Source: Lama glama (taxonomy: Eukaryota). From it: 64,000 bases of DNA. A program made the translations under genes and the position numbers. Positions 24,319-37,410 of the stretch are shown piece after piece. The stretch's first letter is position 1. Each line of letters starts with the position of its first letter. The notes under the pieces were generated by a model. The model worked only from the letters and a program-made list of their open reading frames with translations, did no database searches and was not told the origin of the DNA. Location of the stretch: the NCBI GenBank assembly GCA_028534125.1, contig CM052832.1, positions 25,358,001 to 25,422,000 on the forward strand, in the 5' to 3' direction.

Positions 24319-24546
24319 ATGTATTTTCTTTTTCCAATTAGTTTTTGTAATTTTAACCCCTCATTCCCAAGGTAATATGGCTTTTAATGGAATGTTTAGA
24401 AAATGCCAAAACTTGCAAAGAAGTAAGCAAACAGACATACCATAATTCCACCAGAAATAATGTAGTTTGGTGTATGTCCATAGATTTTTTTTTTCTACAC
24501 ATGATTTCCCTGAACATAAAAACACCTACATACTTTAAACTCTCCA

Positions 24547-25319
24547 CAGATGGTGGAGAAAAAAGAACNNNNNNNNNNNNNNNNNNNNNNNNNNNNNNNN
24601 NNNNNNNNNNNNNNNNNNNNNNNNNNNNNNNNNNNNNNNNNNNNNNNNNNNNNNNNNNNNNNNNNNNNNNNNNNNNNNNNNNNNNNNNNNNNNNNNNNNN
24701 NNNNNTAATTCAAAAAGATACATGCACCTCAACGTTCATAGCAGCACTATTTACACTAGCCAAGACATGGAAACAACCTAAATGTCCACTGATAGATGAC
24801 TGGATAAAGAAGCTGTGGTATATTTATACAATGGAAAGCTACTCAGCCATAAAAATGATAAAATAATGCCATTTGCAGCAACATGGATGGGCCTAGAGAT
24901 CATCATTCTAAGTGAAGTAAGTCAGAAAGAGAAAGAAAAATACCATATGACATCACTTGCATAAAGTGATAATATAAAAAAAAGACAAAAAATCTTATTT
25001 ACAAAACAGAAACAGACTCACAGGCATAGAAAACAAACTTATGGTTATCAGAGGGGAATGGGGTAGGAAGGGATAAATTGGGAATTCAAGGTTTGCAGAT
25101 TACTAACTACTGTATATAAAATAGAGAAACAAGTCTGTACTGTATAGCACAGGGAACTCTATTCAATATCTTGTAGTAACTTATGGTGAAAAAGAATATG
25201 AAAATGAATATATGTATATTCACGTATGACTAAAGCATGATGCTGTACACCAGAAATTGACACAACATTGTAAACTGACTGTATGTCAATAAAAAATACG
25301 TATATACAAAAAACCCCCA
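24547..25319 (+). mobile_element. Young LINE-1 3' portion (ORF2 C-terminus plus 3' UTR), spanning gap 24569-24705
   Basis: Translates to IQKDTCTSTFIAALFTLAKTWKQPKCPLIDDWIKKLWYIYTMESYSAIK (L1 ORF2p C-terminal region), disrupted downstream; TSD aaactctcca 24537-24546 / 25320-25329. Confidence 0.95.
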
Positions 25320-25349
25320 AAACTCTCCAGGATTACTGCTGTCGCCCAG

Positions 25350-25755
25350 CCCCTGGGAGACACTCAGACCCGTCAGTCTCTCTGGCATTGGGGGTGGGAC
25401 AGCCGGTCCTGTCAGAGCCCTTCCCTGGGACTGATACATGGACCGTGGGAGAAGCAAGCTTCCTTTTTTCGACTTGAACTGCCAGGCTGGCATGTGAAAT
25501 CCTGGCACTAGTGGTAGACGTCTTCTTAGGATGGAAGAAGCCTCCTGGAGAAAGAGAATGAAACCACTACACAAAGACTAGCCAAGAAAGGGAAGAGAGA
25601 GAGAGCAGACAGAGAAAAGGGCTGTTGACATGTAGGCACTTGTATCTTTTCAAGCCAGTCACATCCATGGGTGTCCTAGTTTATAGGAGCCAATACATTC
25701 CATTGAAAAAATAGTCTTACTTGGGTTTCTAATATTTGAACCAAGTGAGTCACAA
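25350..25755 (+). mobile_element. MLT1K-like LTR remnant
   Basis: gagaatgaaacc...ggagccaatacattcc...ttgggtttct. Confidence 0.55.
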
Positions 25756-26546
25756 TTCCTACAGTTCTTGTAGACATCACCTCATTTCATCCTTCAGCAA
25801 TTCTGTGAACTGGATTTTAACCATGTTTTACAGAGAAGGAGGCTGAATTTAGAGAACTTAATATCTTGCTTAAAATCCCTGGGCAGAGAGTTTATCTAAG
25901 TTTCATCCTGAATTCTTACTCTTGTCATGTTATAGTTCCACTTTTATTTTAAAGTAAGTGTTATAAAAGCCTTAGTTTTATTGCTTAATTGACTTGCTAC
26001 TGCTAAGTTCAGGATGTTAACCAGTCCCGAGCATAATAATACCTCTTTTTCACTTTCTCAAGGGTGCATGGTGGGGTGCTGGTGGCGGGGACAAGACAGG
26101 CATCCTTTCCAGGCCGGAAACAATTGGCCATCGAGCCCAGAGGGGTCCAGTGGAGTCACCCTTCTACGTGAGGGGCCTGCCTTCAGTATTCTTCACTCCT
26201 TCCCCCACCCCAACCACAACTCCCACAGGCTTACACACACTAGGCAAAGCGCAGCCTGGCCTGTGTCTCTCAATTGTGGCTAATGTTCTCAGGGCGAGTT
26301 GAGCACATGGATGTCACATGTTCTCATCACAGTCAGTGACTTGTGACAGCAGGGGCATGGAGAAGGTGGGGATGAGGCTTCCCAGATCAGGGGGTTGGCT
26401 TGTGTACCTTGAAGAAGCTTCAAGTATGATCCAGAAACTCACACTGTACTCTTCCCCCAACCCTGAGAATCCACCTCTCCTCCTGGAATTCTCTGACGTC
26501 ACTCTCTTCATGGTTTTCTTCTCTCAGAAAGATAATTTTATAGCAT

Positions 26547-26790
26547 CGCATGTTTCCTAGAGCTGCCATAACGGACTACCACAGCCTGAGTGTCTTCAAA
26601 TGATAGAAATTTCTTTTTTCACATTTCTGGAGGCCAGACAACTGAAATCAAGGTGACAGCAGGAACTAAAGCCTCGAGGGGGAGAATTCTTCCTTGTTTC
26701 TTCCAGCGTATTGTGGCCCCAGGTGTTCCTTGGCTTGTGGTAGCGTATCTCCAATCTTTGCCTCTGTCTTTCACATGGCCTTCTTCCCCT
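26547..26790 (-). mobile_element. MLT1C-like LTR fragment
   Basis: tttcctagagctgccataac...ttctggaggccaga...gttccttggcttgtgg...tcacatggccttct. Confidence 0.8.
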
Positions 26791-26866
26791 AAGTCTCATT
26801 TCAACTTTTATTATTAAAATAGCCATTTTTTTCCCCCTGTATGAGACCTGGCTTGAATGTAGGAAT

Positions 26867-27447
26867 TGTAGGATAGGAAAAACAAACAAACAAACAACTT
26901 TTTTCTCTACCCTTTTTGGTCCAGTGCCTAGAGCCTGCAAATTAAACTGACGAAGGACAGATTAACAGAAGAAAAAAACCCAGTCTGTTGATACATGCAA
27001 CAGGCATACATGTGGGAGTAGTCAGTGATGAGCAACCCAAGGGGTGGTTAGAATATGGGGTTTATACACCCTCTTAACAAAGGGTGATAAATCTATAGAG
27101 AAGTGATAAGATGCAGGGAAAGGGTTTGGGCTCCTAGAGCTGGTAAACTGTGGGAAGGTAGATATATGCGGAAATCTAATGGCAGATAAGGGTTATTTTA
27201 ATAAGGTTTGCTTACATAGACCCAATTCAGGGCTGATTTTTCTGTCTCTAGTGATAATGGTAGTTTTCCTCCTCCTACAGGAAAGGGGAGGGGGAACACC
27301 TTCACAAAGGGAAATTTATGACCTGCTTTTAGGCAGCTGGGAAAGGCAAAGCGTTCTTTCTGGGTTTGCCACTTCTTGATTGTTTTCAGCAAAACAACCT
27401 TTATTCCCCAGTGGCATATTTGGGGTGGCATATCCTGACCTCCTTCA
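26867..27447 (-). mobile_element. MER34-family (ERV1) solo LTR
   Basis: gacagattaacagaag...gtggcatattttggggtggcatatcctgacctccttca. Confidence 0.85.
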
Positions 27448-28130
27448 AAACACACCAGTGGATAAAGCTCATCCATGATGAGGGGGTTTCTGGTTATAGA
27501 ATTTAGACTTGTGGGACACCTGGGGCCCAGGGACATCCAGTGACTTGCTACTTCCCTGTCCCTCCTGTCCTGCCTTTATGATCCCTCCTCAGTCCATACA
27601 GAATAAACTCTCAGCATGGCGTGCAGGTTCCTCAGGCTCTGTCTCCCTTTCCAGACTGATCTCCCACCTATTTAGCCCTCTCTTTTGTTGCTCTCGTAAC
27701 ATCAAAGCCCTTGTAAATCCCTCTGCTGTGAATGTCATATTATTTCATGTCTTGGTGGCTTTGCCCTTGCAGGTTTCCCCTGACTAACTCTTACTCAGGG
27801 ACCGGCTCCTCCCAGATGCCTCCTCCAAACCCCAAGGATGCTCTAAACCCCACCACTCCACCTGCAGAGAAGGTCATGCCTCCACTTGATAGAGCAATTG
27901 CTCTGAATGTTGCAATGAATGAGATCTCCCAAACTCTAAGTCCCTTTAGGTCAGGGATTGTGTCACATTCATTTTCATGACCTTAGACCTAGCACAGGGT
28001 CTAGTACATAACAGACACTCCAATAATGTTTTAAAATTAAACTGCATTTCTTCTACTCACGAGTTAACAGGATAATCAGGAGAGACATTGTGCTTTATCT
28101 ACTCTATCATCTTGCAGTTTTTGAAAGCAC

Positions 28131-28345
28131 TTTCCCCCCCAGTTCTATTGAGGTATAATTGACATAGAGCACTGCATAAATTTAAGGTGTGCAGCAAATA
28201 ATTTGACTTACGTACATCACGAAATGATTACCACAAGTTTAGTGAACATCCATCATTTCATGTAGATACAAAATAAAATAAAACACTTTTTTTCCATTGT
28301 GATGAGAACTTTTAGGATTTACTCTCTTAACAATTTCCATATATT
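28131..28345 (-). mobile_element. L1MA9-like LINE-1 3' end
   Basis: tattgaggtataattgaca...tttaaggtgt...gaaatgattaccaca...gatttactctcttaacaatttcc. Confidence 0.85.
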
Positions 28346-29089
28346 TTTCCCCCAAATCCAAATAAGAGTGCTAAAATTTGTGGGTGGACATTTCCTTTGA
28401 TTTTTGTTTACTAAGTTGTCCAGTATTTAAGAAAATGCAATTTCCTTCTTTAGTCTACAGACCACCTCATTAAGTTTCTCTTTCATACACGTATGTGTCT
28501 TTGAATGTAATTGTCCTTATACTTCTGGGCATTGCTAATTTATTTACATCCCAATTTAGTTCTACAGAGCACATACCTAGATGGGGAACATCCGAAATTA
28601 GTAAGAGGTTCCACTGTTTTTTTTCTCATTACTTTGAGGAAACTGTTTCTTCTAATAGTTCTTGGAAAGTCCTGTTTTAGAGCAGAGAAATCTTATCACA
28701 ACCCTCCTTTTTTCCCTCTATTCTATCAATAACGAACAGAAGCTAAAAAGCACCTAAAATTCCTTCTTTTCTAAATCCCACCAATTTCTAGAAAATGCTT
28801 ACCATTCTGAGACTTCAAAAGCCATGGCAGCAAGAACACATAAAATGAATCTAAATGCCAAAAAATCATTGAAATCTTAGTTTAATTTCAAGCTATTAAA
28901 ATTTTATTCATGTTTTAATATAACTGATTGCTACTGAAATGCAATCAAAAACTGAAAGTAAGGGTAAGGTATTTCTAATTTCCACTAAAAGGGGAGACAA
29001 CACAATAAATTGGAATCTAGAAATTAGTGTTTGCTTTGGCTACACATCTAGGGGGAGCAAGAGCCCTCCCCCCAACTTAAAACACTCAG

Positions 29090-29720
29090 AAATTAATTCA
29101 AAATGAATGACTTATCACTGTCTCATTTTTCATCAACATTAATTCAAATGCGGGAAACATAAAACTTCAAAAATAAAAATGAAATATAAAATATGGATGA
29201 TTGAAGAAAAATGGGATAGAGAAATTTTTTTCTAACTATGCCACAAAATGTTTGGGCAAATTTGGAAAATTTTTGGCAAAGTATGTGACAAACATAAGGT
29301 TAATATTGATAATACATAGTAAACTTTTTACATGTCAACAAGAAAAAGCAGAAAAGAAAAACATGGCGAGGGATATAAGCAGCCAATTTCACAAAACAAT
29401 TAAAAGAAATAACTAATAAAAATCACATTTATGTACTTATTACTGAGAGAAATGACTTTCATCATCAAAGAATGCAAATAAAGTGTCTCATTATTTCTGT
29501 CATATTGTCAGAGATGAAAAATTGACAGAAGATTGGGAAAGAAGTAGAGAAATGAATATTGTCATGTAGTTATTGATTGTAGTTGAAATTTATCTAACCT
29601 TTCTGGATCCCAGTTGTACAATATGCACCAAAATTTAAAATATGCATTTTCATTGACCCCCAAATCCCACTTTTTATAAATGATTTTCTGATGAGTGCAA
29701 AGATATGTACATGGATATCT
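29090..29720 (+). mobile_element. Old L1ME/MC-type remnant
   Basis: A-rich decayed ORF2-like motifs (agccaatttcaca, ttgacccccaaatcccactt). Confidence 0.55.
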
Positions 29721-30369
29721 GTTGTTATTATTTTAATTTTTCTTGTTTTTATTTTTATTAAAATGATGCATTGCATGTAATTTGCAGAGTGAAAGAGTTC
29801 TACAAGGCTTGTTACTAAAAACAGCAAACCCTGATCAACTCTACCTATTCTCTGCTCCCCAGATACTTCCAACACTTTTAGTGGGTTATTTCAGTATTCA
29901 TCTTCATACATTTTTATTAATAAGTTGTATGTTTACTTCTAGAGTTTTCAGTTTTAGGCTTTATCAGTTGATTTCCCAGTGGGGCATGAGGCCATAGCGC
30001 CCTCCTGCAGCTTAGGGGAGGACACACACACACTTCTTGCCGCCACTCTCCCGTTACAGTTTTTAACCATCATTTAATTTGGATCAATACGAAGTATGTA
30101 CATTATTATTACTATGTAAATGTTAATGATAGCTTAGCCATCTGGTATAACGTGATAAGTTTTCATTCCTTGCACAAAATTTGCTTTTCCTGTTAATGAT
30201 TGCCTGTTCTCCTCTTCATTTTCTATGCACTTAACACCACTTACTCTCAACCTTGCTTTCAATTGTGTGTATCAGCAGCCAGAGGGAAAGTCATGCCATG
30301 AACGCTTTGGGGGAAATAGTGGGGTGTCCTACACACGCTGCTACAGATATGGATCACACGGGAAGCTCT

Positions 30370-30590
30370 CTCGGAGGAGAGAGCAGGGGTCCAGAACGTG
30401 GGCTAGAATCCTGGCTCTTCCACTCTCCAGCTACTAAGTCATTTCTCCTCTGTGAGCCTCAGTGTCTTCATCTGAAAGGTGGTGATAACAGAAGTACCTA
30501 CGTTGTAGTTTTATTCTAAGGAATAATGATTAAATGAGTAGCAGTGTTCAGCACAAACTAAATACTTACTAAGAGTGGTTTTTAAATTAT
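30370..30590 (+). mobile_element. MIR SINE
   Basis: gaatcctggctct...ctctgtgagcctcagtgtcttcatctgaaa. Confidence 0.75.
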
Positions 30591-30927
30591 TCTATGAGAG
30601 TAAAAGTAGTAGGAATTTAGGAGGCTAATTTCCATTCATAAATTTATTAGTTTTTCCCTTAATTTTTTTTCCTAATTAAGCAATAAATATTCATCAATAG
30701 AAAATTGAAAAGCACACTAAAGTGTAAAGACGCTCAAAGGAAAACTTCTCATAATCCCACTAAACAGAGGCAACTGCAGTTAACTTTTTGGCATATTTTG
30801 TACCTTTTTTTTTCTATAGAATTTTAAAAAATTATTTACATTATATTAAAAACATTTCTCATCTCACTTAAAAATCTTTATTAGCATTTTAAAAATGAAA
30901 ATTGCATACTATTTTACTATACTGCTA

Positions 30928-31033
30928 TCGTGTGACCACCCACCTCCATTTGCCTGGGTCTGGAGAGGGTTCTCAGGACGCAAAACTTCTATTGGAGAGT
31001 CCAGGACAAACCAGGATTGAGTTGGTCATTCTA
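30928..31033. mobile_element. MER81-like hAT-Blackjack element
   Basis: Degenerate terminal inverted repeats gtgtgacca / tggtcattcta. Confidence 0.55.
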
Positions 31034-31294
31034 CTTTTACACACCCTTTTAATTGGATAATTAGTTTTTTTCCCCCCATTTTTTAATCTTATAAATAGCA
31101 CTGATGCAAACTTCTTTTTAGCATTTAATGGTTTTTCAAGCTGTTTTTATAATAAGTGCTCTTTTCTAACTCCTTGAGGGAAAAAAAATCATCTTTCAGC
31201 CTAGATTTTTTTGTTTAACTCACAGGGCCTGGAAGGGTTAAGTAGCTGCTCAATAAATGTGGTTCTAATCAATGGAATGACTGACTGGCAAGTG

Positions 31295-32114
31295 TTGTTG
31301 TAGGTTAAATTGTGTCCCCCCCACGAAAAAAAAAAAAAGTTGAAGTCCTAACCCTGGGTGCCTGTGAATATGACCTTATTTGGAAATAGGGTCTTTGTTG
31401 ATGTAATTAAGATGTAAGTTAAGATGAGGTCAGAGTTGATTAGGGTGGGTTGTGATTCCAATAAGGTCTAGATAAGAAGAGGAGAGACACAGAGACAGAC
31501 ACACACAGACAGGAGAAGGCCAGTGAGGACACAGACACATAGGAGGAAGACGGTTGCGTGACTGGAGGCAGACTTGGGAGTAATGCAGCTGCAAACCCAG
31601 AGTCTTAGCCCATTCGGGCAGCTGTAACAAAGTACCACGGACTGGGAGCCTGCAGACCACAGAAACTCATGCCTCACTTTCTGGAGACCTGGGGTCCAAG
31701 ATCAGGCAGCCAGCATGGTCAGGTGAAGACTCTTTCCTGGGTCTCAGAACTGTTACCTGCTCACATGGTGGACGGGGCCAGGGACCTCACTGGGCCACTT
31801 TTGTAAGACACTAATGTCTTTCTTGAGGGTTCCACCCTCAGGATAGAGGCACCTCCCAAAGGCCTCACCTCTAATATCACTGCCTTCAGGGGTTAGGATT
31901 TCAGCACGAATGGATTTTGAGGGGGACACAAACATTCAGACCACAGCATCAAGGAACACCAAGGGATACTGGCAGTTACCAGAAGCCAGGAGAGTGAGAA
32001 TGGTCCTGCTGACACCACAGCCTCAAACTTCTAGCCTCCAGAAATCCAGGAGAATAAATTTCTGTGGTTTTAAGTCACGCAGTTTGTGGTAGTTTGTTGC
32101 AGCAAATTAATCCA
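31295..32114 (+). mobile_element. MLT1C-like solo LTR split by a nested MLT1A
   Basis: ggttaaattgtgtcccc...gaccttatttggaaatagggtcttt; resumes at 31949 tcaaggaacaccaagg...gagaataaatttctg. Confidence 0.88.
31601..31948 (-). mobile_element. MLT1A/A0-like solo LTR nested in MLT1C
   Basis: gtcttagcccattcgggcagctgtaacaaagtaccac...gggggacacaaacattcagaccacagca; degenerate TSD cccag/tcaag. Confidence 0.88.
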
Positions 32115-32203
32115 GGTGCCTCGTGTGAAAACGGAAGAGTATTAGCAGGAGCCAGCAATATGCATGGGACTCTGTGTAAGCAGAATGCTCCCAAATTAGT
32201 TGG

Positions 32204-32543
32204 TGTCTTAGTCTGTTAGAGCTGCTATAAGAGAACACCATGGACTGGGTGACTTATAAACAATAGAAATTTATTTCTCACACTCCTAGGGGCCAAGAAG
32301 TCCAGCAGATCTGGCGTCTGGTGATTCAGAGGTGGGCAGCTGCCTTCCAGCTATGTCCTCACATGGCATAAGGGAGAGGAAGCTTTTAGGGGTCTCTTTT
32401 AAAAGGGCACTAATCCCATTCATGAGGGCTCCACCCTCACGACCTAATCACCTCCCAGAGGCCTTACTTCCTAATACCATCACAGTGGGGGAGTAGGTTT
32501 CAACATATGGATTTGAGGAGGGACAAACATTCCATCCATAACA
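32204..32543 (-). mobile_element. MLT1A0-like solo LTR
   Basis: tgtcttagtctg...gggcactaatcccattcatgagggctccaccctc...ccataaca; TSD gttgg/gctgg. Confidence 0.9.
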
Positions 32544-34739
32544 GCTGGTATTTTCCATCCCTTATTTGCTCCTAGCTATTGCTCCAAAATGTGCCTCGTA
32601 TCTGCCCTCATTCTTGAAGTGGCTCTCCCCGAAAGGAGGACAAGAACTAATCAACTTCCTTTATTAGACTTCTTAATATGCTAAAATGATTTATGACTCT
32701 TTCCTCTAAATATTGCCAATCTTATGGGGTTTTTTTTTTTTTTTTTGGCTAATCTTATGGTTTTACAGTTCATGAGTGGCCATAAATTGATGGGTCCTAT
32801 GGGTATTGGTCATATTCTGGAAGCTTTTCTCAAAGTAGCAGCAGCAGACATTTCTAGTCAGATAAATTCTACCAGCATCCTCTTGCTTTCCCTGGGAATA
32901 TTTGAGATTCCTCATGCTCACATCTTGATTAAGGAGCCTTATTAAATAAAAGGTAATATGTTAGATTCATCTTTAAGACTTTGATGAGAACACATCAGGT
33001 AAGCAGACAATAGAGGGCTGTTTTTCCTCATGCTTATTCCCCAATTAATGAACAGTAAAAGTCCTGCCTTTCCCCCCCGCCGCCCTCTCAGGCTCGGAGA
33101 CCACCTAGGGTCACTCACACTAATATTTGAGTCTGGTACTTCTCTGATATTTGTATATCCAGGAATATCACAAACACAATTTGACCTCACTTTTGTGGTC
33201 TGCTTTAATTTTTTAATAGAATATTAATGCTAGAAAGTATTTCAAGAGGTGTGGTCGAGACCTTTGACCTTGAACATCTGAGAAAATAAATCATCTGAGG
33301 CGTGTGGTGGCCCATTCTATTTTTAATGCTCTCTAGGGATGGAGATTTGTGAGACTTTGCTTGGTTGCCTATTTTAGTGTTAAAAGACCATTATAGTTAG
33401 TCGATCTTCTTTGAGTCTCCTTAACATCTTTGTGGAATCTAAAGAGGTTTTTTTTCCCCTTTACTAATGCTTTATTCTAAAAATTACAGTTTTGTAACTT
33501 TGGAGTAGTAAAGTAGGTGACTGAAGTTTGAGGAGAAGGCAGGAGAAACAAAAACATTTGGGAGACACATTAGGTACCTTATTCTTTGGTTTAGAATATT
33601 GTGATTTGGCTTTCTGTTTCTAGAGGACAATCATAGATTAGAGCTTCAATTGTTTAGGAATTCTTGCCATTCTTTAAAACAGCACGTGCTAAACATAAAT
33701 GATTCTCAGAGACAACGAAAACATTGTTTATGAGGACTGGACGCCAAGGGTACATGGCCTTCTCTGGCGAGGTCCATTGTGTTTAAAAAGCCACAGAATA
33801 TTTTGTAACATATGTTCTTGTAATGTACTCCCCGACACAGCCAACCAAGAATGTGCAAAGAGAGGTTTTTGAAAGCAGCTGTATTATTACCATTTGTCAG
33901 CAAATAGATGATGCAAAATCTTTCATTCAATCAGGGCTGTGGGGGGGGACATGCCTTAGTCTCAGCTGATCAAAATAATAATATTGATCAATAGTTTATA
34001 TGATGGTCAAGATGCCACTTCTTCTCCGGGAGGAGAAGATAAGCAGCTCCCCTGTACATACAGACCCGCACTATCTTCCAAACTGAACTCAAAGGCGGGA
34101 TTTTACCCGTGTAGACATCATAGGGTAGACATTTTAGTGTAGCCATCATAACGCTTCTCCCCCAATCCCACTCAATACTTCAGTCTGAGCCTTCTGAGAA
34201 AAGGGATATTCTTTGACCCAACCACAATACTACTATCACGTCCAAGGACATTAACATTTATTTAATATCTAACATCTAGTATATAATCTATATTTACATT
34301 TCTCCAGTTGTTCCAAAAATACCTTTTGCAGTTTTTTTTCCTGATCATCTAGAATCCAATCAGCGTTCACGTGTTACACATGATTATTCTGATTTATTCT
34401 CAAAATCAAAATGAGTTTAAGCAAATTGTGTATGATCATGATTGAACATCTTTTTGTGAACACCTTGACTTTTTCTGCTTGGGTTTGGCAATAGAAGCAT
34501 TATCATATTATAGTGGACGGAGAACTGGGCTGAGCGTTAAGCATCCCGGATTCCAGAGTGTGTCCTACCACTAGTAATCTGCACACGTTCAGGTAAGTGA
34601 CTTTGTCCTTCTGGGCCTCAGTTGGTCCCCTGGAAAAGCTGTGTGGGGTGACAGGAAGAACATATGAGTTTCAAGACCCAGTTTCGGTCTTGGTTCTGCA
34701 CTAATTGTACGACCTTGAGCACACCCTGTGCCTTCCCAT

Positions 34740-35070
34740 TCATTTATGAATTGATTTGAGCGATCTGCCTTGGGTGCTTGCCAAGGGCCCATGTGACCAC
34801 GACAGGTTCAGCCCCTGCCCTCACAGAGCTCAGAGTGCCCTTCGGGAGACAGACGTGACACGCACAGTCACATCGGTGAGTCGTTAACGTCAGCTCTGGC
34901 AAGCTGAAACGCTCGGAGAGGAGAGCTGCTGACAGAGAGCACCAGGGAGCCCTCCTCCAGATGGGGCGCAGCGGGTGAAGGGAAGGAGGGGAAACCCCAA
35001 GCAGGCTTCTCGGAGGACGTGACTTCTACGTTGACACAAGAGCAGTGAGTGGGTGTTAACCAGGTAAGTT
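34740..35070 (-). mobile_element. LINE-2 3' end (CpG-rich)
   Basis: cccctgccctcacagagctcagagt...gggagacagac...ggcttctcggaggacgtgac...gagtgggtgttaaccagg. Confidence 0.75.
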
Positions 35071-35133
35071 TGGGGGAGTTTTCCCTCTTTGAGAATCAGT
35101 TTTTCTTTTCCAATTCAGTAAAAGGAAAACAGA

Positions 35134-35541
35134 TGTGGCAGAGATTGCTAGGGGTCCCCTAATCGATGCTCTTTGTGCTTATCATAGAATCCCCGTGTTA
35201 CTCGTGGTGACAACATTGCCAGCAACGTCTGCAGCTTCTCGCGGCCTTGTGATGAATTCCGGCATGTGGAACTCAGGCCACTTCCGGGAGGCGTTCTTAA
35301 AGGAGGTGATATACCCCATCTTCCTCTGCCCTGTGCCTTGTAATAAGGACCCGGCAGTGAGCCCTCTTTGGCCACGTGGGCAGGGCAAAGTCTGGGGGTG
35401 GTGGAGTGCTGACCGGAGCCACCGCACCATTCCTAACATCCGGTGGTCATGCTTAAATCTGAGGGAGAAATAAACCGCTGTCCAGGGGCATTGAGATGGA
35501 GCTCTGGGATCTGAAGTTGAACTTAAACCCTAAGCAGTACA
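35134..35541 (+). mobile_element. MLT1I-like solo LTR (CpG-rich)
   Basis: tgtggcagagattgctag start, gccacttccgggagg, gagggagaaataaac, ends gtaca. Confidence 0.65.
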
Positions 35542-37042
35542 GCGCGCCTATCACATCATTCACATTGAATAAAAGAATATAATGGCCCATGTAATGGGCA
35601 AAGTGCTAATGGTCTTAAAATGTAAAAGCGTCTTCAAAAACACACCCCAAACCCCAATAACCCAGTTGAATAATGAAAAAGGATATAAACAGTTAACAGA
35701 AACGGAAATATAAATGGCTTTTAACTGGTGCAAAGATATTGCCTCATTCATAATAAGAAGTTGCAAATAGAAACTGCTACAGAAACTGTAAATTAATATA
35801 CACTTTAAAAATTAAGAAGGAGAATATAATGAAAATGGATGCTTACTGCCTACATGCCTCAGAGTTGCTTTTGAGCATCAGGATAACCAGAGTGGAACAT
35901 TAGACTTCAGGTGTGAAGTGACGAGTCTCTAAAAGGTAAGGACCAGACTCTCCTTTTCTATAATTGCGCCTTCATCAATGCATTGGGGTGCACCGCTCAC
36001 CGGGTGAAACACCAGTTCACACTGCTTTTGTATTGCTCTCTGACTCGTAAGGTCATTTCAAAATCCGCCTCCACTGAGTGAGCCATGCTGCAGGATTTCA
36101 GGTCTAGAGCTCTGGTTTTATAGCATTTTGGGGTCTGCGAATCATCTTACAAAGCAACAACTAAAGTGACCTTGGCTGTACAACCTCCCCTTTCCAGACA
36201 CTCCCTGACCCGTGACCATGTACACAGACCAACCTCCATCGGCTGAATCACTTTTGTTGAGAAATCGTTCTAGGGATTCTTGATTTTTACTATTATTTCA
36301 CATCATAAACCAAAGCATAAACATGAATATACCAGAAAAGTTAAACAAGTTGAAGAACACACGGGCATGACTCACAGATCCTCCTGTGAGAACAGCTTGT
36401 CCATGCAGGGTGTCCGTGTTTGTCAGCATTGTGAGAAACACCGAGGCCCCCTGAGTCATCTACACGCTGATCCACACACTCACAAACACACACACACGGC
36501 CTGCCATCTATTTCTCCTAGAATTTAACTGGGTTCACAGGGGATCAAGATCCTTTATAGAAATGAATAGATTATGCGTTATATCGAATTAAAATCCTTCA
36601 GAGCTGGGCGGGGCCCCGAGTTTACCTGGCACCATTTTCGTTACAACTGAAGGGATTCAGTCCCTGTTAGAGACAGCAGGCTGGAGAGTTGAATGCAGAA
36701 TCTTATCAACGGATTTGTGCTCTGGCTTAGTGGATCCTGAAAAGAATTCAGTCAGATAAAAGCAGGGTATGAGAGAATATTATTTTGAGCAAAAGATTAT
36801 TATGAAATAGCATAAATCCATTGACCATAAAGAATTGGTTTTACTGAGCATTCCGTTACTACTTATTGGACACCTGCAGGGTGAGGGGGCCTATTGACAG
36901 AGAAACGTAAGACTGGGGTCCCCACAATGCACGAACAGCTAGTGGTCATTTCCAGTAGGGTGCAAAGTCTTTTCTGAAAACCTGTTTTTGATTATTTGCT
37001 TAGAATGACATTAAAGTAGACCCTTTAAGAATAGCAGTAAAA

Positions 37043-37410
37043 ATATCATATGATATCACTTATATGTGGAACCAAAAAAAAAAAAAAGCCAAATGAACTT
37101 ATTTACAAAACAGAAACAGACTCATAGACATAGAAAACAAACTTATGGTTACCAGGAGGGGGAAGGGGGTGGAAAGGGATAAATTGGGAGCTCGAGATAT
37201 ACAGATGCTAACTAATAATATGTAAAACAAACAAGTTCACACTGTATAGTACAGGGAACTCTATTCAATATCTTGCAGTAACTTATGGTGAAAAAATATG
37301 AAAATGAATATATGTATATTCATGTATGACTGAAGCATTATGCTGTTGTACACCAGAAATTGACACATTGTAAACTGCCTATACTATATATATATAAAGA
37401 TTAAAAAAAA
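37043..37410 (+). mobile_element. Young 5'-truncated LINE-1 3' UTR
   Basis: Same 3' UTR as 24950-25319; perfect 16-bp TSD aagaatagcagtaaaa (37027-37042 / 37411-37426) at a TTT/AAGA endonuclease site. Confidence 0.95.

Noticed and set aside
24387-24866. 159-aa ORF
   Set aside because: Spans an N gap; the recognisable part is a disrupted LINE-1 ORF2p C-terminus, not a host gene.
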